NCBI GenBank assembly: GCA_039621445.1
Contig: CP154954.1
Location: forward strand, 46,975,847-47,039,846
Direction: 5' to 3'
Source of the DNA: Euglena gracilis
Taxonomy: Eukaryota
DNA: 64,000 bases
The notes under the pieces were generated by a model. That model was not told where the DNA came from, ran no database searches, and saw nothing but the letters and a program-made list of their open reading frames with translations. The translations under genes and the position numbers were made by a program. How positions within the stretch are numbered: the stretch's first letter is position 1; the number at the start of each line of letters is the position of its first letter. Positions 14,145 through 23,216 of this stretch are shown one piece after another.

Positions 14145-14248
14145 AAAAATCGACCGACACTAACAGATTCAGCAGGGGCGCCGGGCGCGAGCGAGCGAAG
14201 CGAGCCGCCCGGCGCCCCTGCTGAATCTGTTAGTGTCGGTCGATTTTT
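14145..14248. repeat. Perfect 43-bp-arm hairpin with GCGAGCGAAGCGAGC loop
   Basis: Arms 14145-14187 and 14206-14248 are reverse complements. The loop plus right arm recurs at 59830-59890. Confidence 0.9.
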
Positions 14249-14250
14249 CT

Positions 14251-15366
14251 AAACCCTATTTTGTCTGGGCCCGACGCCTGTCTTGATATTCATTCGACCG
14301 AACCGCCTGGACCGAAATATGGTCCAAAAAGTGGTTTTTGGCCCATTAACGGGCGCCTGAATGGAAATCGACCGACATAAACAGGCGCCTGAATGGAAAT
14401 CGACCGACATAAACAGGCGCCTGAATGGAAATCGACTGACATAAACGGGCGCCTGAATCGAAATCGACTGTCATAAACAGTTTCCGATGTCTTGGAAATC
14501 GACCAACCTTTTGTTTCCTTTTTTGAATGCCTTTTTGTTCCGTTTTGGGACATTGTCAGTTTCAGCCTGAAACCCGTTAATGTCGACCAACCTTTTGTCT
14601 CTTTTTTTTTCAGAATGCTTTTTTCTTCCATTTTAAAAGAAACAATCTCTATATCAAGAACTGCGTCTTAAACACAGACTCTGACATGAGTCTGTGTTTC
14701 GAAACGCAGACTCAGGCCGAATAACAGACTCAGCGTTTTGAAACACAGACTCAGGTCACAGTCTGTTTTTTTTTAGAAACACAGATTTTGACCAAAGCCA
14801 TGTTGCTTGAACACGGCCTTGGCCCGAAATCCGATGATGTCAATAGAATTGCAATACAGGCGTCGAGCCCAGAAAATAGGTTTAATATTGCCAAATCACT
14901 CCTCACCCAAAAGCTGTTCTTTCAGATGACCAGATGTTCAGGACAAACTTGCCGAATGCTTTTTCTGAAGTTCCAGAAAATGATAATCTTAAGTACCGGC
15001 CTTACGTTTGTTCCATCCAAAGTTCAGCCAGTGGTGATCACCTGACCATAAAATTTGTTTTTTGTCTGATCCATAACGCCTCCAAAACCCCATAGGACCA
15101 AAAATGTCGAAAAAAAGGGAAATCCAAAATGTCCAAAAAAGCCACTAAAAATTCCCAATCTGACCAGCAACAGATTTCAATGGAATGGGCCGACATGAAT
15201 GGGCGCCTGAATGGAAATCGACCGACATAAACAGGCGCCTGAATGGAAATCGACTGACATAAACGGGCGCCTGAATGGAAATCGACCCACATAAACAATT
15301 TCAGCCTGAAATCCGCTAATGTCAGTAGAATTTCAAGACAGGCGTCGGGCCCAGAAAATAGGTTTT
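14251..15366. mobile_element. MITE-like TIR element with 32-bp internal tandem repeats (GGCGCCTGAATGGAAATCGACCGACATAAAC)
   Basis: Imperfect TIRs cctattttgtctgggcccgacgcctgtcttga / tcaagacaggcgtcgggcccagaaaatagg. A shorter relative lies at 59498-59829. Confidence 0.65.
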
Positions 15367-18300
15367 AAGGACCTGTCCAGCATTTTTCCGAGCCCCCCCC
15401 CCCCATTCACAAACCCTCTGTGACTAATGGGATCTGGTTTGGTTGGTCAGTCCCCCTGCCGCCCTGGGGAAGAAAAATGAAAACCGCTGGGTTTGATTTT
15501 TTTCTGCCACAAACCACCCAAAAACTGAGGCTTTGGCTTTTTTTTTTGAGACCAACCATCATCAGAAATGCCATTTTTGAGCAAATTTGCTGAAAAATTG
15601 CCAATTTGGGGGGGTCCCGAGCCGACCAACCAAACATTGACTAAAATGGGGGGGGTCATAATTGCAGGAATTTGGTGAAATCCAACCCCCCCAAATGACT
15701 TTTGGATTCATTGATGGTCCAAATGAAAGAATGCGCTCGTTGTTTTATTTTTCAATTTCGAGTTCAGTATTTCACTAAATTTTGAGTGTTGGATTTGGGA
15801 AAATTTCAGTATTTTGATGTGAGTTCTGATGGATTTTTCTGAAATGGGTTCAGGAGGTTTTTTTGCTGAGAAATATCCCAGCCATTTTAAGCAGTCGTCC
15901 AGAATTTACCTTGGCATTTTAAGGATTCGTCCAATGTTTTTCCTGACAGAACCGTGTAATTTGTACAGATGGGTGATGGGGTTGCCATTATTTTTGGATT
16001 CCCCTTCCTGCTTCCCGGGCAAAATGCTTTCTGGACACAAGCAGACACTCCAACCAATTGCCTCAGCAGTTGAACATGGGTCATTAGAACACCCTGCTTT
16101 AAAGTTTGCTGCAAATGACCCATGATGATGTTTCCACAGCTGCACAACTGGAGGAAGTGTATGATATGCCAGCCACTCTCTTCTTTGCAAGCGTGGCTTT
16201 TCTGCGGAGGTTTTTCCCTTTCATTGTGGGACATTTTTTTGGTGGAAAATGGCGAGTCCACCCCCCCCCCCCCCCAGGGGGTGGACTCTCCATTTCCGGG
16301 CGGGGTCTTCTGACTTGAAAAGAAGCCTGAGTGAAGGTCAGACCAATCTTGACCCTAATCTAACCCAAACCCCAGGGTCAGATTAGGGTTCAGATGAGGT
16401 CAGGTTATTTTATCTTACCGAATTTTTTTGATGGCGTTTGATGGAGGAAAATTCATGCACATGTGGTCCAGGGCCGCCCATCCCCCCCCCCCCCCGGGGT
16501 CCCGGACTGGAGGTGCTGGCATGGATTCCGCTTTGTGCCGAAAGTTTTTTGGGAAATACCCTCAGACGGCCGGATTTTTGGTCCCCTCTCCCAGCAGGGC
16601 AGAACGGGAATCGGCCAAACAGCCAGGGTGGTGGGGGGGTCGACCACCCCCCCCCCCACCTCTTCCCGTTGTTCTGGTGGCACCAGTTTTTGGACCCCAA
16701 AATTTTTTCCCGGCGCCAGGTGCATTTTGGACCCATTTTGGGACCCATATTTTGGGTCCCCCCAAACCCCCATTTTTTCACACCTTCATTTTAACATTTT
16801 CTCAAATTTTTGATTTTGAGAGGTTTTTGAAGGGGAAAATGCCATTGAAAATCCAAATAATTTTTCCATGAGAAAAAATGTCAGCAAAATTTGATTGTGC
16901 CAAATTTGGTCCAATGTTTTCGACCTGCATTTTTCCACCCCCCCCCTAAAAGCTACCAATTTTTAAACCTGAAATTTTTGTGCTTTTTTGTGAAAAAAAT
17001 GTGGTTTTTCATCAAAAAAAAATCATGCATTTGGGTTCAAAAAAGACTCGGCCAAAATCCCCGTTTGCCAGGGCAGGACTAAGACATGGCACGAACCCTG
17101 GATCCCTGCCCCTCCCCCCCCCCTACCCCTCCCAGCCCCCCTACCCCCCTCCCACCCGATGAACCCAATTTCCAAAATTGTTGCAGCACCTCACGTGATA
17201 AATTGGTCCCTACAGGGTACCAGGTGCCCCAAAAGAGTCGCCCAGCTGGGGTTTAACAACACACATGGGGGCCAACGCATATGGGGACACATGGGGCTCT
17301 CTTGGCGCCAAGCGAGGCGCCAAGAGAGGGTCCCCCCCATGCGTATTATCAACCCTATTATTATTTACGCTATCTGGGCGATTATTTGGGTTCGCTGAGC
17401 ACCCTGTTGAGGCAAATCTGACAACGATGAGCAGGACGGGTTCAATTATTTGCAGGAGAATCTTACCCCTCGCAAATGGTTTTTTCTGGTTGTCATTTCA
17501 TCATTTCATGTTTTTTTTTGGCCCCCTCCCCCCCCCCTTCCCCAGGGATTGGCCCCAAAACGCATCGGTAGCACAAGGGGTTTTGTTATTTGTTTTGGGG
17601 GCCCTCAGAAAGTTGAGAAACAAGACCCCACCCTGCCCACCCTCACCCTGATTCGTGCCATGTGTGGACTCATCATTCAAAACCTGGCGAGGGTCCAGCA
17701 TCTGCACCGAAAGAAACAGAGCAGTTTTGGAACTAATTCAGGCAAACAGGAGATAATCTTTCAGTTATGTGAATTTAAAGCAGAAGTGTTCATCAACAAA
17801 GCTTGGATGGGATATTGCCATCATGTGCAGAAAGGAGATTGTCCTCAGGGCCACGCACTACAACGTTGCGGTTTCTGTATATTAATGAGGTAGGAACCAG
17901 AGAAGGAGAACCCTGGCCGGAATTGATTGCCCCGGAAGGGCCTTACCCTACCTAAACCTCTTGTTTGTGCTTGTCAAAGTCCCCACCTGGTCTTCTGGAC
18001 GATCCATTTTTTTTTGTGCCCAGACGGTGTGGGGGGCAGAGGTGATAGGAATACCCGCCTTTGTGGGCGATTGGGGGGGGGGCGGGGCCAACGGTGGGGA
18101 GCATTCCGCCATTGCGCTTCGCCCGCGGTGTCCCTTCCTCCCTCGTCGGTTTCCCGTACTCCCTCAAGGCAAGCCGACAAGGCCGACAAGGGAGGACCCC
18201 CCTTGCTCCGCACTTTGGCTCGATGGGACCTGTCTTTCCTCGCCGGCTATTGTTGTTTGTGTTTTTTGCTCCGCGTCTTCCCCTTACTGCTTTTCGCGCC

Positions 18301-18386
18301 GGCAGTTGGCTGTGACGTAGCCCTGCTACAAAGAAAAGTTTCGAACACAAGTTTTCAAGCAAGCAAAAGCAAAAACAAAGACAAGA

Positions 18387-19259
18387 ATGCAGACAGAGCA
18401 TCTGGATGTAAACCTCTTACTCGGTGAAGGGCAACCTTTCGAAGAAGGGTGGAGCAAACTGATGTTCAACCTGGAAGCAGCAAAAGAATTACGAGCACAA
18501 CCTGCGGACCAGATCGCCCTCTTGCTGCTGGCGGGGGCGCGGTTCACCGGACGAGGGTGGAGTACAGGGAAGGCCAGCAGAGCCCTGTACCAGCTTTCGG
18601 GGATCCCCCTGGTCCGGGGAAGCTTCCCCCCATACCGGGACATTTGGCTCATGGCGTTGGCGTTGATTTGGGGTGTCGATGTCCCCCAACTGGACCTTGA
18701 ACCTGAGGCAGCCGCGGCGGCCTTTGCCATTGCCTCTCAGGCAGAACAACACGACACCGAAGAACCACAACAGGAGGAAGAAGGTGAAGAGGAAGAGACA
18801 AAATTTTCCTGGGATCAACCTGAAGTGACGACACCCAAAGAGTTGACGGAGCTTTGGTCCAGGGCCCAGCGCAACGAGCACCGCATCGACGTTCGACCAC
18901 TCTTTGAAGTCCTGGCCCCTCTGGCGGGGATACCAGCGCGGGCGCCAGAGAATCAATTAATACCAGCCCACAGGAAGAAGCAGGACCAATTCTTGCGTAG
19001 CGTCTCGCAGAATGTCTTGCAGGTGGTACGACTGCTGGGGCACAACTGGGTGCCTCAGACTACGGAAGTGATACCTCGTGGACAAGTCAACTTGCAAATA
19101 TTCCAATTGTTGGGTGAAGTTTTTATTACAAGATCCAGAGCGAGAGGAAGGAGTTGGCCGTGCCAGGAATCACGAGAACTTCGACGAGCCACACCGACTC
19201 CCTCTTCACGGAGGACGATGTCCGTCAGCACAGAATGGACAACAACATCAATCGCATAA
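18387..19259 (+). CDS. DIRS-A ORF1, Gag-like protein (probable frameshift at T-run ~19119-19124 into the 19154 frame)
   Basis: 290-aa ATG-initiated ORF directly after the left ITR. Protein-like composition continues in the 19154 frame (YYKIQSERKELAVPG). Confidence 0.7.
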   Translation: MQTEHLDVNLLLGEGQPFEEGWSKLMFNLEAAKELRAQPADQIALLLLAGARFTGRGWSTGKASRALYQLSGIPLVRGSFPPYRDIWLMALALIWGVDVPQLDLEPEAAAAAFAIASQAEQHDTEEPQQEEEGEEEETKFSWDQPEVTTPKELTELWSRAQRNEHRIDVRPLFEVLAPLAGIPARAPENQLIPAHRKKQDQFLRSVSQNVLQVVRLLGHNWVPQTTEVIPRGQVNLQIFQLLGEVFITRSRARGRSWPCQESRELRRATPTPSSRRTMSVSTEWTTTSIA

Positions 19260-22200
19260 GGGGAGGTACACACAATGGGCCCTCAGGGCCGACATTTCGC
19301 TTTCCAACAGGCCAGGCCAACAGACCGTGGAGAGGCAAAGGTGGACTATATGGAAGCTCCAGTTCAAGTCCCAGATTTGGGTATGGAAAGGGCAGAGGAG
19401 TGCCATTTCGCTCAATGCCGTGGAGAGCACCATGGAGAGGTGGAAGAGGCAAAGGTATCCCCCCCTCCTCTTGGGGTCAAGATGACCGGATCAGGAGCCA
19501 AGGAGGCTCAGTTGGCCCAAGATGGGCACAGTCTGGAGGACCCTCTGTTGGGGTTAGCCCCATTTCAAAGACTCAGAGCATGCATCGGCTGGTGGAAAAC
19601 CCATGCCCCACCCAGAATCCTGAATCTCATTCTGCAAGGAGTGGAGCCAGATTTTCAAGGGGGGGCGTTACACACCTTAAAACAGCAAAAGTCCCCCCAG
19701 GAGGAAGCCCAGGCTCTCAGCATCATGGAGGAATACATCAAAGAAAAGGCTGCAAAGGAAGTTCAACAGCAAGGGACTATGTTTTTGGTACCTTGGTTTG
19801 TAATCGAGAAAGCAGAACCTGGGGGGGGGAAAAAAGTGAGACTGATCTCAGATTGCAGAAAACTAAACAATTTTCTTCATGCCCCCCACTTCAAATTGGA
19901 TCACTGGAAGGAAATTTTTCCACAGCTGGAAAAAGGAATGTGGGCCACAAAAATCGACTTGAAAAATGCTTATTTTCATTTGGAACTGTCAGCAGCCATA
20001 AAACCATTCATAAGGATGGAAATAGCAGGAAGAATATTTCAGATGGAAGGGGCCTGTTTTGGTCTAAGCACCCTCCCCTATCTTTGGATGCAGGTAATGC
20101 AAGTTTTTCTGAAAAAATGGCGAAAACAGGGAATTTTGGTTTTTGTTTATCTGGACGACATTCTTCTGGTGGCAAAATCAAAGGCTTTGGCAGAAAACCA
20201 AACAAAAGTTCTGTTGCAGGATCTGAAAGACAGTGGTATGACCATCAACTTCAAAAAGTCACAGACCACCCCAACACAAGCAGTTCAATATCTGGGATTT
20301 TAAAAAAAAAAAAAAAATGGTTGTTTGCTGGTGCCCTCAGCAAAACTAAAATGTATCAGAAAAGAGTTGGGAAAATTTGTCACCCAAGACAACATGTCCT
20401 GCAGGAAGGCAGCTGCAATTTTGGGGCAGCTGAGAAGTTTCCTCACAGCCCTCCCTTGCCTGAGGGCTTTCACAGACAAACTGGTACAATTCACAGACCA
20501 GCACACCAGGATGGGTTGGGACCAGAAAATCCCCATTCCCAAAGATGTCAAACAGCAGGTTCTAGAAGTAGGAAACTTATTAAGGTCCTGGGAGGGAAGA
20601 AAATTTCAAAACAAATGTCCTGTGAGAGAAATTCATTCAGACTCCTCCACTCAAGGGTGGGGGGCTCTGGACCTGACCACTGGTCAAAAAGTTCAAGAGT
20701 TCTGGAGATCAGAAATGGGCCTGCACATAAACATCAAGGAATTAAAAGCAGCTGTGGCAGCTACAAAAAGTTTAGCAAAGTCAGGGGAAAATGTCCTGCT
20801 AACAGTAGACAATCAAGTAGCTTACAGCTACTTAAGAAAAGGGGGGGGAAGGAAATCCCCCTTCAACACAATTTTGAGACCCTTTTTGCAGTGGTGTCAC
20901 ATAAACCAAGTAAATGTGATTCCAAACTGGGTCAAGTCAGAAGACATGCTAGCAGATGGCATTTCAAGGTGGGAAAAGGACAGGGGGGACTACACCCTAA
21001 AAAAGTCTGTGTTTCTGCACATCTTGAGAATTTTCTCCTCAAACAATTTTTTCCCCAAAGTGGACATGTTTGCCAGCCCAGGAAACGCACAACTGCCACA
21101 GTTTGTCAGCAGATGGCCTCATCACCAGGCCATAGCTGTGAATGCCCTGGAGTGCCCACTGGAAAAATTTGGGGAGGTTTATGCAAACCCCCCCTGGACA
21201 TTAATCTTACCATGGTTGGTGAGATTGAGGAACAACCCTCAGCTGACTTGTCTGATGGTGGTTCCCTTCTGGGTTGGGAGTGTGTGGTGGCCCCTGTTAA
21301 CAAGAATGATCGTAAGAAAGAGCCCTGTGATTCAGATTCAACCTCAATGGGGGTTGTTCCAAAACTGCCTGGGGGAGATCATGCCCCCCACCAGATGGCC
21401 CCTCCTCTGTGTGCTGTTATCAGGGAGGGTTTACAAAGAAAACAAGTTCCACCTGAAAATATCACATTGTATTTGAACAGTCTGAAAAGTTTGAACAGGT
21501 ATGAAAAAGGATTTCAGGCTCTGTGGAGTTTGTGTGTGCAGGGAGGGGTGCAACCCCCTTTGATGACAGTGGATGAGACAGCCAGCTGGATTTTGAAACT
21601 GGCCCAGGACTCCCCTCATCAAGCAAGAAATGCTTACAGTGCTGTGTTGTTGATTCCTGGGTGGGAGGCTGTGAGGTTTTCCCCTCTCATCAAAAAAGCA
21701 AAACTTCTGTGGGCTTCTGCAGGGGAAAAATATTCCACATTCTGGGATGCTAAGGATGTCATTCAAAAACTCCTTGCAACCCCCCTCAACTGGGATAGTA
21801 TCCAGGAGATTCGTGACAGAACCATTCTGTCCCTGCGCCTGTTTCACTTATGCAGGTCAATAGATTTGCAAAGACTACAAAGATCAAAGTCAATTATGGG
21901 AAACAATTTCTTCATCAAGCTGAGGCGTAAAGGCCAGCTGAGAGCCAGATTCGAACAGCTCATGACATTGCCAAAATCTCTGCAGACTGTATGTCCCACT
22001 GCTTTATTGTGCAGGTTGGTGTCTTTGACTGCCTCCCAGGGTGTGCAGGGGGGGGCCATGTTTTTATCATTAAATCCCCCATATGCACCACTGACTTCAA
22101 ACAGTTTGGGTAGGATCACAAAGAATCTGCTGACCCAGTTGGGGGTACCCACATCATTTTTTGGGGCTCACAGCACCAGGGGGGCAGCAGTAAAAATGTA

Positions 22201-22597
22201 CAAGTCTTTGGGTTTATCGTCAGAAATGGTGTGTGAGTTAGGGGGCTGGAAAAATACAGAGGCTTTTGCCAAACATTACCTCAGATTGGGTGCAGCAAAG
22301 GCTGCTGGAGATTCGTTGGCAAAACAGTTGGTTGGAAAAAGCTTTGGGGTGCACAGAGTCCCATCGAGCCAAAGTGCGGAGCAAGGGGGGTCCAGTAGTC
22401 CCGGGGAAACCCATGACCAGGGACGGAGGGACCTCACTTGCGAAGCACAAAGGCAAGATGGGCCCACCCCCCCCTCCCCAAAAAAGGTCCACCCAGGGGG
22501 GGGGTCCACCAGGTTCCGGTTTACCGATCCAGCCAACTGCCGACGACGACCAAGCAGTAAGGGGAAGACGCGGAGCAAAAAACACAAACAACAATAG
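19154..22597 (+). CDS. DIRS-A tyrosine recombinase ORF (YR domain in C-terminal ~21400-22330), overlapping the RT ORF
   Basis: 1147-aa open frame with LCRSIDL (R at 21854), HSTRG (22169-22183), LGGW and KHYLR (Y at 22277), the R...HxxR...W...Y signature. Confidence 0.9.
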   Translation: MAVPGITRTSTSHTDSLFTEDDVRQHRMDNNINRIRGGTHNGPSGPTFRFPTGQANRPWRGKGGLYGSSSSSPRFGYGKGRGVPFRSMPWRAPWRGGRGKGIPPSSWGQDDRIRSQGGSVGPRWAQSGGPSVGVSPISKTQSMHRLVENPCPTQNPESHSARSGARFSRGGVTHLKTAKVPPGGSPGSQHHGGIHQRKGCKGSSTARDYVFGTLVCNRESRTWGGEKSETDLRLQKTKQFSSCPPLQIGSLEGNFSTAGKRNVGHKNRLEKCLFSFGTVSSHKTIHKDGNSRKNISDGRGLFWSKHPPLSLDAGNASFSEKMAKTGNFGFCLSGRHSSGGKIKGFGRKPNKSSVAGSERQWYDHQLQKVTDHPNTSSSISGILKKKKKWLFAGALSKTKMYQKRVGKICHPRQHVLQEGSCNFGAAEKFPHSPPLPEGFHRQTGTIHRPAHQDGLGPENPHSQRCQTAGSRSRKLIKVLGGKKISKQMSCERNSFRLLHSRVGGSGPDHWSKSSRVLEIRNGPAHKHQGIKSSCGSYKKFSKVRGKCPANSRQSSSLQLLKKRGGKEIPLQHNFETLFAVVSHKPSKCDSKLGQVRRHASRWHFKVGKGQGGLHPKKVCVSAHLENFLLKQFFPQSGHVCQPRKRTTATVCQQMASSPGHSCECPGVPTGKIWGGLCKPPLDINLTMVGEIEEQPSADLSDGGSLLGWECVVAPVNKNDRKKEPCDSDSTSMGVVPKLPGGDHAPHQMAPPLCAVIREGLQRKQVPPENITLYLNSLKSLNRYEKGFQALWSLCVQGGVQPPLMTVDETASWILKLAQDSPHQARNAYSAVLLIPGWEAVRFSPLIKKAKLLWASAGEKYSTFWDAKDVIQKLLATPLNWDSIQEIRDRTILSLRLFHLCRSIDLQRLQRSKSIMGNNFFIKLRRKGQLRARFEQLMTLPKSLQTVCPTALLCRLVSLTASQGVQGGAMFLSLNPPYAPLTSNSLGRITKNLLTQLGVPTSFFGAHSTRGAAVKMYKSLGLSSEMVCELGGWKNTEAFAKHYLRLGAAKAAGDSLAKQLVGKSFGVHRVPSSQSAEQGGSSSPGETHDQGRRDLTCEAQRQDGPTPPSPKKVHPGGGSTRFRFTDPANCRRRPSSKGKTRSKKHKQQ
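19275..21476 (+). pseudogene. DIRS-A RT - RNase H - N6-adenine methyltransferase ORF, single in-frame TAA at 20301
   Basis: KVRLISDCR, KIDLKNAYFH, YLDD (20148-20159); RNase H HSDSS...HINIKEL...VDNQ...LADGISR; MTase VDMFAS...YANPPW (21186-21197). ORFs 19275-20303 and 20325-21476 share one frame. Confidence 0.92.
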
Positions 22598-23216
22598 CCG
22601 GCGAGGAAAGACAGGTCCCATCTTGCCTTTGTGCTTCGCAAGTGAGGTCCCTCCGTCCCTGGTCATGGGTTTCCCCGGGACTACTGGAAGGGACACCGAG
22701 CATTGTCGGGCCTCGCTCATGACCTCCAAATGAAAAAAAAGTGCGGGGCCTGCGTTTAGGTGAGTACGAGACACCTCGGGCTCGTACTTTGCCCTTGCGA
22801 GGCCTGATTTCTGCAAAAAAATGACCATTCGGGCTCCGCGCTGCGAGATGGTGAGGTCCTGCTTTCCTTGCCGGCTGTTCTGTTCTGGTGTGTTTGTGCG
22901 TGTGCGGGGGGTGCTTCTTACTGCTTTTTGTTGCCAGAGTTGGCTGATTCCTATTTCTGCCCTTCGACCTCAAGGAGAAAGAATTTTACGTCAACGAGCT
23001 CAAGTGGAATTATTTTACGAGGAGTACCACCTGCCTGAGGACCTTCAACTTTACCAACTGGTGAACCGAACTTTTCCGGAACTTCAACTTCCTGACGGAA
23101 GAATTCAACTTCGAAGATCAACAACTGGTCTTCCATGAAGAATAAGTTCCAAAGACACCGGGAATTTCAAGAAGAACTTCAACGAATTTCCAAGAAGTCA
23201 GAGAAAGCTGGGGAAG

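Larger units (their letters stand above)
18194..22688 (+). mobile_element. DIRS1-like tyrosine recombinase retrotransposon (DIRS-A), near full length
   Basis: Left ITR 18194-18312, right ITR 22530-22622, right extension 22617-22688. ICR 22358-22462 is complementary to 18194-18229 and 22617-22688. Encodes gag-like ORF, RT (YLDD), RNase H, adenine MTase (NPPW) and YR. Confidence 0.95.

Noticed and set aside
16345-16410. Telomere-like CCCTAA/TTAGGG variants (also 47052-47080)
   Set aside because: Too short and degenerate to call an interstitial telomere.
6700-17850. Numerous 60-190-aa ORFs
   Set aside because: Low-complexity Phe/Lys/Gly/Pro translations of homopolymer-rich repeats with no recognisable motifs.
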